A stretch of DNA of 55,855 bases, the filler included, from Catajapyx aquilonaris (Eukaryota), in NCBI GenBank assembly GCA_000934665.2. It is 2 parts of 2 records of this genome, joined end to end, with 100 filler letters (N's around TTAATTAATTAA, not from the genome) between each part and the next. Parts side by side here need not be neighbours in the genome. Positions count along the whole stretch, not along the records: positions 27,983 to 55,855 come from JYFJ02004985.1; 1 more part is not named here. One strand, 5' to 3'. The notes under the pieces were generated by a model, which was given only the letters and a program-made list of their open reading frames with translations, did not search any database and was not told where the DNA came from. The position numbers and the translations under genes are program-made. Positions 48,082-55,855 of the stretch are shown here, one piece after another (the stretch's first letter is position 1; each line of letters begins with the position of its first letter).

Positions 48082-49907
48082 GTTGTGCCGAAACGGTTCG
48101 CATTTTGGTTAAAAATAACTTACCTGCATCTATTATTGTGCCAAGTTTCATTCAGCAACTCCAACTACAATGGATGACCTAGCTTCCCTTGTCAGTTATT
48201 TTGTGTAATATTCTACATAAATTCATCGATAGTTTTTCTGATACAGTGTCTTAAATTTGTTTAATTTCTTTGGAATCGGCATGCCCAATATTGATTTCAT
48301 GGACCCGTTAAACTGTTAAAGTTTAAATGTTACAATGCATTGATTTAACAATAAGTTTATGTTTCCATCTGTATGACAGAGGACGACATTATTGTGAGGA
48401 TGTGAGCGTAAACTATGAATAAAATCAGATCATATAAGATGGGTTCACATTTTATTATACTCTTTTCTGCATCAGTTCTGCATGATACAATATTCCTCTT
48501 TCGAGCATCCACACTGAAGTGTGACCACAGGCTGCAGCATCTATTACTCTATGCCATGTTGCATATGGTGATTGGAAAATAATGAGGGGCAAAAGGCATT
48601 TCCTCCCGGATCGTTCGCATGAGACTATCTGAGGCCAATAAGAATGAAGAAATTTGCAAAATGCCAAGATCGGAGGCAAAGTTGTGTGCGAGATCAACAA
48701 GGACATTCGTTTTCCCTGCGCCGCTTTTCCCTTATCTCGGCCAGAGGAGAAAGAAAACTCTTAATGAGATTCTAGTCCTCTGGTGCATGAGGAGAGCTCG
48801 CTCGCTCGCTCGGCGCGCCAAACCAGAGAGAACTTGGATGGTTCCTATCACATTCCTCCTCCACTTTCTCACATGAAGCTCCCTTTGATTCCTTTTGGCC
48901 AATCCCATCATGAAGTTGCCGCCGGCCCTTTTCACAACTTCCAATATCAGTTCGGAAGGGCCTCTATCCCTCTCCATTTCCCATTTGGGGCTCTACAGGA
49001 TATGGAAATCTCGATTTAATTGTCCATATGATGAGGACGTCTTCTGTGAGCAGAAATGCATGCCGGTGTCAACAGTCATTAGCGATTGGCTTTCCCAACC
49101 GGATATCTGCCTCAACTATTGTATACAATGAGAATAAAATATTAACACCATTTGCGTCTCTGCAAATGCCTCTACTGGGTTTAGACTTGTGAAGCTGTGA
49201 ATGGGTAGTTAGGAGATTCTTAAATTCTTAGATGTGTCGGCAACTTGAAGGGCATCAGGGGAGAGGGGAAGAGAAGGTGGTGGTCTTACATGCAGCTTAA
49301 TTGCCTCTTAACTGCATTAATTTTACTGCTACTGTGGGCCCTCTAAATGTTGCGGTTCTTGCTGAAGAGGCCAAAGGGGAATAATTGGCTAAGAGGATTG
49401 ATAAGTGGAAAGGAAAAGGAAGGGTTGTTTATGGGAATCTCGCTATACTTGAAGTGGATCTGAGAAAATCTGAGAAGACTGCAGCAGGGATATCGATATA
49501 TTAGTAATATTATAAATCATGTGCCGATATTACGTAGTAGCCGACTGAGCTGATATCAGTTGAGAATCGAAGTCGTGTTCTCAAGAACGGAATAATAAAA
49601 TTAGCCAAACTCACTCTTGATATTATTTTTAGATTTATGAAGGAAATGTTGTGCCAACAATGTGATATTCTTCGGAGGAACAACTTTTTCTTGTTTTAGA
49701 AAGCCTATTAACTGGGCGACAAGTAGCGTATAGTGTTATGTGTAAGAATACTAATGCAGTACTAATGTAATCGTTGAAATTATAAGCATGTCCGGTTTCA
49801 TAGCACCCCAAACCGGAGTTGTTATTAAGCGCATTAAGACTTTGTGCTAGGCTATTGGTAAAAAGAATATCATGCTGCAAAATAGCTTATAAATTGCATG
49901 TATAACA

Positions 49908-51293
49908 CAGGGTCATCGAAAAAGAATGCTCGGATTTTAAAACCATATACTAACTCGAAAATTTGTACACGTATCTTAAGGCGGCGCAGTACCAAAATTA
50001 CGGTAACAATGCGGAGCCCTTGGCGACGACCCAAACAAACTCGCTTATGCATGGGCATCATATGGGGATTCAACATGTCTACGCTTCTGCGGCCGTATGG
50101 CCGCAAATATTGTGAAATCGACACAAAAAATAGTAGATTATCTGGCGCAGGGCACCTAGTTCGTCTTTTTTCAATTTTCGGCCTAGAAATAACCTTTTCA
50201 TCGAGTTGAAGTGAGAGGAAAATGGCGTCCTGAAAAGCCCATTTGAATAACATGGCGGCAGGAAACGCGACAAAATCGGGCACGTTTCTGCGCCCGTATG
50301 TCCACAATTTTAATGCAATCCTATCGAGTATGGTACCATTGTAAAGGCTAAACCTTCGCGCAGGGCACCTACTATAGTAGTTCGTGATTTTTCAGATTAA
50401 CGGAGCGTTTCGCGGCAAAAACATAACGTTATCTTCGAAATGCGCCTACCGTATTTTTTTGCTACTGCATCGCCTTAATGAGTTAAGTTTTGAAATGTTA
50501 CGAAATGTTTAAAGTCTTGGCCTCACCATAGTTTGCTTCGACGTGAGCTTTATTTGTCGCTCGGCGGGGAGGTGTGGTGGCCGAGATGGTAACGTCTCGG
50601 CTTGCTGAGTGAAAGGCCCCAGGTTCGATCCCCGCCTGGGGAACTTCCTTTCACCTGCGTCGGGAGGGTCTCTGACCTGCACCAAGGAGGTGTCTGGCAA
50701 CCTAACCTCCTGGGGGACTGCACATGGCCCAGTTTGAGACATTGCACTTGCACCCGTGTCCCCTCCCCAAAAATCCTTATCCTTACCCAATCTCCTTGAT
50801 TCCTTGCACCGGAGTGAAGTTAAGAGGAAAAATTGGAAAATAAAGGTTCACATGCGATATACCCCGTAAGGGGTGAAAGCATTACCCACAATTTATTTAT
50901 TTATTTAAAATATTTGTCGCTCGGCAGATAAAAAAAAAGTCGGTGATCGGTGTCGTGCCTAACCCTCTCAATCAGATCTGGAGTTACCGTTGCAATCCTA
51001 CCCCGTATGTGCTAGATATGATGGGTCTTTACACCATACACATTGTTCTTGATGATGCCCATAAAAAATCGCCTCATCCATGAAACAAACCTGCCGTAGG
51101 ATAGTTTCATTTGTTCAGCCTCCCAGTGTGCCAAGTCTTGAATGAGAAGTTTCCCAATGCCTATAGACCCCCCCCCCCCCCGCCCCAGAAGCCCAGATGT
51201 TACCCCGATGCGATGTACTGTTTTGTTTCCAGATTAGGTTTCCAGTTATACGGTATGGTTTTAACATTGAGACATTCTTTTTCGATGACCCTG
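49908..51293. mobile_element. Non-autonomous Tc1/mariner-type element (~1.4 kb including a nested SINE)
   Basis: TIRs CAGGGTCATCGAAAAAGAATG / CATTCTTTTTCGATGACCCTG|TA (21 bp exact, ~40 bp imperfect); internal direct repeat GCGCAGGGCACCTA. Confidence 0.8.
50566..50910 (+). mobile_element. tRNA-derived SINE, family C
   Basis: A box TGGCCGAGATGG, B box GGTTCGATCCC, (ATTT)n tail, perfect 15-bp TSD TATTTGTCGCTCGGC (50551-50565 and 50911-50925). Confidence 0.92.
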
Positions 51294-52799
51294 TATTATC
51301 CTGGTAAATAATAACTTGCGTTAATGACCAAATATGGATGTCATTGTTCCCTCCACTAAACCGAGAGTTGTTACCTAATGCTTTTTATTAGAACCTTCCC
51401 TTTACATAAAATATACGCCATGGTTATTCATTATTGACTCCACCTATCAGCATTCATTTTCCTTGCTCTGAGAAACAATGACCTGGGCTATTAATGGACC
51501 ACTGCTAAGTGATCCTCTCGCAACAATAGGTCATATTTTGCAATAAGCTTGCTTCATTAATGGCCTACTCTTCATTGAAATAAAATGAGGGATAGGATAC
51601 CTCATTAGCTGAGATTCTAACCTCTTCAAGTGCGCAAGAGCACTAAAGATTGAACTGGCTCTGTGTTGACTGGAACCACATCGTCCTCTAATGGAGCAAG
51701 AGGGAGTTTGCCCAAGATGCTTCTTCCAGCGAAGCAAATTGAAGTTGGCTGACAATTTAGAAAGTAAACAACGATGGGGAAGGGAGAAACCGCAAGCAAG
51801 TCCCAAATTTTCCCTACTCTTAGCCACCACTAGACAGAATCAAGTTGGATAGCCTACTTTATCAAAGGCCCTTTGGGAATAGTAGGCTTCAAGTATCTGC
51901 AAAGTGGATTCGCCCTGATTTGACCAACCTTCTTGCTGAAAATACGGTTGCATCTACACAAAGGCCTCCCTGCAGTGACCTCTCCGTAATTTCATATTTG
52001 GCGTAAATCGCATAGGGGGTCGTTGTTCAGAGCTGCACTTACTGTTAGACTTACTGGAATAAAACTGTAGGGCAAAACAAGTGATTAGGACATTAATGTA
52101 CGGCACAAATATTGACACCGACGTAATTTATTGCAGGCTACTAGACATAATGTCGTAAGGTTTCAGGCAAACTTATACAGCGACTTCTTGTGTATCATGA
52201 GATCATTACTGAATCGCAAAGTTGAAAAAGGGGATAAGTCTCAATAACCAAATTCTTCAGGAATCACGAGAATAAACAATCTACCCCAGAACCCTCTGTG
52301 TTAAGGAGGCGAAAATTTACTCAGAAGACATCATAATAACCATTCCAAAGAGATATTATTGGAGATTTATATAGAGATATAGGTTGATTGGGGTTTGACC
52401 ACTTCCAATAACTGAAAAAATTATCCAATAAAAGCCTCATTTTCAAAATTTCGCGATTTTTTTCCCTCGCCACGGTATTTAGCAATTTGGGATGGTCCAA
52501 TGATGGCAGATTACTGCTTGTGCTTAGTAAGAAGGTACTACAGTAGTATAACTAGGTCGCACACGCAAGTCGTCCTAAGTTTCAAATGATTTGAAAAGGA
52601 AACGCCAATAACACTAATTTTGGGTATGTAGCCAAAATTTTACCTTAGTTTTCATAATTTATTTGAAACATTTATTTCCCTGGCATACCTTAGATACGGT
52701 TTTCTGTGTTATTCCAACACTTTTGGTATAATTTGGATGATTTGGTTAATCGTTTTATTTATTATTTGGTAATTTTCATATTATGAAATTATTGTAGTA

Positions 52800-52916
52800 C
52801 AGTGCTGGACATATTAGCAGTCCCTAAAATAATGTTTACTTATAGTTGCCAGGTAACGCCAGCGCCGCCAATGCAGAAAAAGAAACATTTATGGACTGCT
52901 AATATGTCCAGCACTG
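52800..52916. mobile_element. 117-bp Tc1-like MITE
   Basis: TA|CAGTGCTGGACATATTAGCAGTCC ... GGACTGCTAATATGTCCAGCACTG|TA (24-bp perfect TIR). Confidence 0.9.
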
Positions 52917-52925
52917 TACGATATA

Positions 52926-53450
52926 CAGGCTGTCCAAATCAACTTCCCTAGTTTTAACTTGCTACAATTGCGCACTGGACCATGGTGTTGAAATCGAACA
53001 AACGAGAAGGGACACTCATCAAGTTTATGTAAAAAAAATCAGTAGCCTTATTCCATGTATGCTCCTTTAGTAGCAAGCACAATTTTAAGCTGATAATCTC
53101 CATCCCCAAGAGGTTCTCTCCAGCATATCAGTGGTGATGGAGGACATGTCATTATTTTGGGCTGTCCACTTTAGTCCACACAGTTAGTTGTCGAAAGGGG
53201 AAATATCAAACATGTCCATCACTTTTGTGATCGACTTAAGCCCGGCTAACCACCACACAACTTTACGTTTTTCCCTCTGTAGATGCTATGTTTGCATCTT
53301 CCGACAGTATCCCCCACAGGAGCACCACCGCGTCACATAAAGGTATATGTCAAAAATTCAGGATGAAACTTGTAGGGTCTCCAGACCATTTAAACAACAG
53401 CTCTTTGAAACTATAGGGAAACTATAGGGAGATTCATGGCGGACACCCTG
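52926..53450 (-). mobile_element. Internally deleted Tc1/mariner element retaining transposase N- and C-terminal remnants
   Basis: TA|CAGGCTGTCC ... GGACACCCTG|TA. Minus-strand fragments read REKRKVVWWLAGLKSITKV, DISPFDN*LCG (decayed DLTPLDFFLWG) and ITTDMLERT...DYQLKIVLATKGAYME*. Confidence 0.75.
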
Positions 53451-53721
53451 TACAGTGTATAATCAAATTATAAATTTATCATTGGCAGAAAACATTACGC
53501 GATACGAAAAAATGGAAATTTGAAATCAGCGCACTAAGTTAGGATAAGTCACCCACAAATCTCCGGGTAATTTCACAATAGGCCGGTTTTTATTGTAATA
53601 TCCACTTGAAACAGTATTACACAGTGGAAGCAGTATAATTTTGAATTCATCAATTTTATAAATAATTTTGTTAGTTTTAGTAAACTGTATGCACATTTCA
53701 ATATTGATTCCGCATGCATTA

Positions 53722-54080
53722 CAGTAGAACCCCGATTATCCGTCACCCACTGGACTGGGGCATCGTCGGATACCCGAAAAGGTCGGATAATCCGAGGAGC
53801 AAAGAAAACTTTAATGAAACAGAATAAAAACATATGAAATAATGAAATAATGTACAATATTACGTTCTTCTAAGAAATAATGAAGTATTTATCTTTTACT
53901 TACACACTCTGCTGTTTAAAATGTATCTAAGGCAATACAAAACAAATGATTAGTATAGGCGAGTATAGGCCTGCTTTACAGTGTTTGATGAGAAAACATG
54001 GATGTATTGGTGGGGCGGGACTGTCGGATAAACCTAGGAGTCGGATAATGCGAGGTCGGATAATAATCGGGGTTCTACTG
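53722..54080. mobile_element. pogo/Tigger-type MITE, family 3
   Basis: TA|CAGTAGAACCCCGATTAT ... ATAATCGGGGTTCTACTG|TA, with subterminal GTCGGATA repeats. Confidence 0.9.
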
Positions 54081-54478
54081 TATAATTATATATACACTGT
54101 ACATTGTATTGTCACACGTTCCGCACACTTTGTTGTCATTTTAAGTTTGAAAAGTTTCAAATCCTTTACTTTAAAACGCAGAGTTTACAATATCAGAGAG
54201 ATAAACGGAATTTCCCTTTATCATAAATTACATCTACAAAAATCCATCACATTACAAACTACACTAAAAATATAATTACTATCATGCCATTCTACTGTTT
54301 GTATAAGTATACTGTAAGTAATAGGAGCCTTACACACCCATGTACAGGTCATTTTTGAAGGAGATTTTCCTTGGATTGCAAAATGTGTTTTCTTGAACCT
54401 TTTTAGAGTCGCCTCATCACTAATATTTTTTAGAAATATTATTTTGTTACCCCGTTTTTGGGGCGGAGCCCCTTTAGG

Positions 54479-54586
54479 GGTACTATATCGCTCAAAAAGA
54501 TAGAGACGATTGGCATTTGATTCAAGTGCAAGTTGCACTTGAGTCAAATGCAAAATCGTCTCTATCTTTTTGGGCGATATAGTACC
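54479..54586. repeat. ~108-bp near-perfect palindrome (hairpin MITE)
   Basis: GGTACTATATCGCTCAAAAAGATAGAGACGATT...CAAGTGCAA-G-TTGCACTTG...AATCGTCTCTATCTTTTTGGGCGATATAGTACC. Confidence 0.88.
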
Positions 54587-54661
54587 TCATCACTAATGTA
54601 ACAATGCAGTTTTCTTCAAAGATCACTTTTCACACAACTATGTACAGTATAATATGCAATG

Positions 54662-54938
54662 ATAATTCATACCCCGTTATCAGCCATCGGCTCTTTAGGG
54701 GGGAAGTTTGTTTTGCCTGGAACTCTTTGCTTTCATTTTTACTTTGCGTTTTGGGATGGGATCGGGACGGAAGAAGCGGCTGTGGCCTATTAATTACGGA
54801 AACAACTCCGGAATTTCCCTGGAAGGACCGTGGGAAACCACAGAAAACCACGGTCAGAATTGCCGGCCCCGGGATTCGAACCCTGGACCTCCCGATTAGC
54901 AGTCGGACGCCTTATCCACTATGCCAACCTGCTTCGGT
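54662..54938 (-). mobile_element. tRNA-derived SINE, family A
   Basis: Reverse complement of the 41598 copy; perfect 16-bp TSD AGTATAATATGCAATG (54646-54661 and 54939-54954). Confidence 0.92.
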
Positions 54939-55707
54939 AGTATAATATGCAATGTTATTCCATGATATCGTGTAAAAATGATGTGGGACTCGCCAACAGT
55001 TCCAGAGAGTAGTCATGCTTTTGCATTAGCGTCGGTTTTTGGTTGAAGTGTTGTTTATTATGAAAAGTGTATGGTGCCTGTTCAAGTAGCAAAGCCGATA
55101 TCATTATGGTCATCACGAAAGCGGTTTCGTTCGCTGGAAGGTCTCTAGTAATTCAGATGGATGAGATTGATATTGCATGTATGTACTCCATGTGTTTAGT
55201 TAATTATGAAGAACGTGTCCGCATGTAGTATCGAATGGGATTAATGTTAATAATAGATTTATTTGCCGATACGGAATAACCGTCCTGCGAGGTTTGCGTT
55301 CGTTGAATTGCTGATTAGGGGTTTGGGAACGGAGCAACATATCAAGAACTGCAATAATCGTTATTGTTTCCATAAATTAGAGTCGATCCATAATGACACC
55401 GGAAGGGTGATGATTGATAATTATTACAACCAATGCCATGGGAGCTTCATGGTAGGTGTTGTAAAGGTCAGGGAAGGAAACCCTAAGGTTGTCAGAGCCT
55501 ATACTTATTTGGCACCAAACAATTATGAGAAGTTAGTATAATAAAAATAAAAGTTATTTAAAATCTCTCAGTAATTAAACCTTTATTTCGCTATGAGAAT
55601 TATCAGTTGAATTTTTCTTGCATGTACAGTAGATAGGCCTATTTTATGTTAGGTTAAAATGCTGTGTTAACAACTACTAAGGCCCGGTTGTATGAACGCA
55701 AATTATA

Positions 55708-55855
55708 CAGGGTGTATCAAAACTCTACCATAAGCCATATGCCAATGGCGTAATGGTCAGCAGGCTGGTTCCATTTCAATCCAGACGGTGGGTGCCCAGT
55801 CATGGTCTTCGATTTTTTTTAAAAAAATATATGTGAAACCCACATCCAATTGAAC
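55708..55855. mobile_element. Possible start of another Tc1/mariner-type MITE, truncated by the window end
   Basis: TA|CAGGGTGTATCAAAA terminus resembles those at 28553 and 33912; no partner TIR is visible. Confidence 0.4.

Noticed and set aside
51531..51830. Possible decayed LINE ORF2 C-terminus (LRWKKHLGQTPSC...CG)
   Set aside because: The zinc-knuckle spacing is incomplete and no tail or TSD was found. It is plausible but not supportable without a profile search.
330..55541. Most ORFs in the supplied six-frame track
   Set aside because: They are short, often start at non-ATG codons, lack recognisable domains, and many overlap SINEs, MITEs or microsatellites. Only 20806-20988 (contains a DH31 exon), 41913-42302 (Helitron) and 45902-46237 (transposase-like) carry signal.

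Overview
AT-rich eukaryotic genomic DNA, most likely from an arthropod or related protostome; the species cannot be determined from the sequence. It has two contrasting halves. The left half (~1-25.5 kb) holds one spliced + strand gene that the ORF track does not assemble: the calcitonin-like diuretic hormone 31 (DH31) neuropeptide precursor. The model is a TATA/CCAAT promoter near 9.1 kb, a probable non-coding exon 1 ending at 9209, a ~10.8 kb intron, and coding exons 20082-20173, 20892-20984 and 22143-22290. These give a 110-aa prepropeptide: signal peptide, spacer, [33 protein letters not shown], amidation Gly, KKKR. This half carries only old, decayed repeats and has clustered CRE and TCCGGA motifs. 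The right half (~26-55.8 kb) has no convincing host gene and is dense in transposons: at least four tRNA-derived SINE families with target-site duplications (TSDs), including a chimeric SINE and a V-domain-like SINE; many Tc1/mariner/pogo, PIF/Harbinger and hAT-type MITEs, some nested three deep; a Helitron helicase remnant; a Sola-like transposase remnant; near-perfect palindromes; and an assembly gap next to a ~200-bp tandem array. I found no prokaryote-type system such as a CRISPR array or operon. Family assignments rest on recalled motifs, not database searches.
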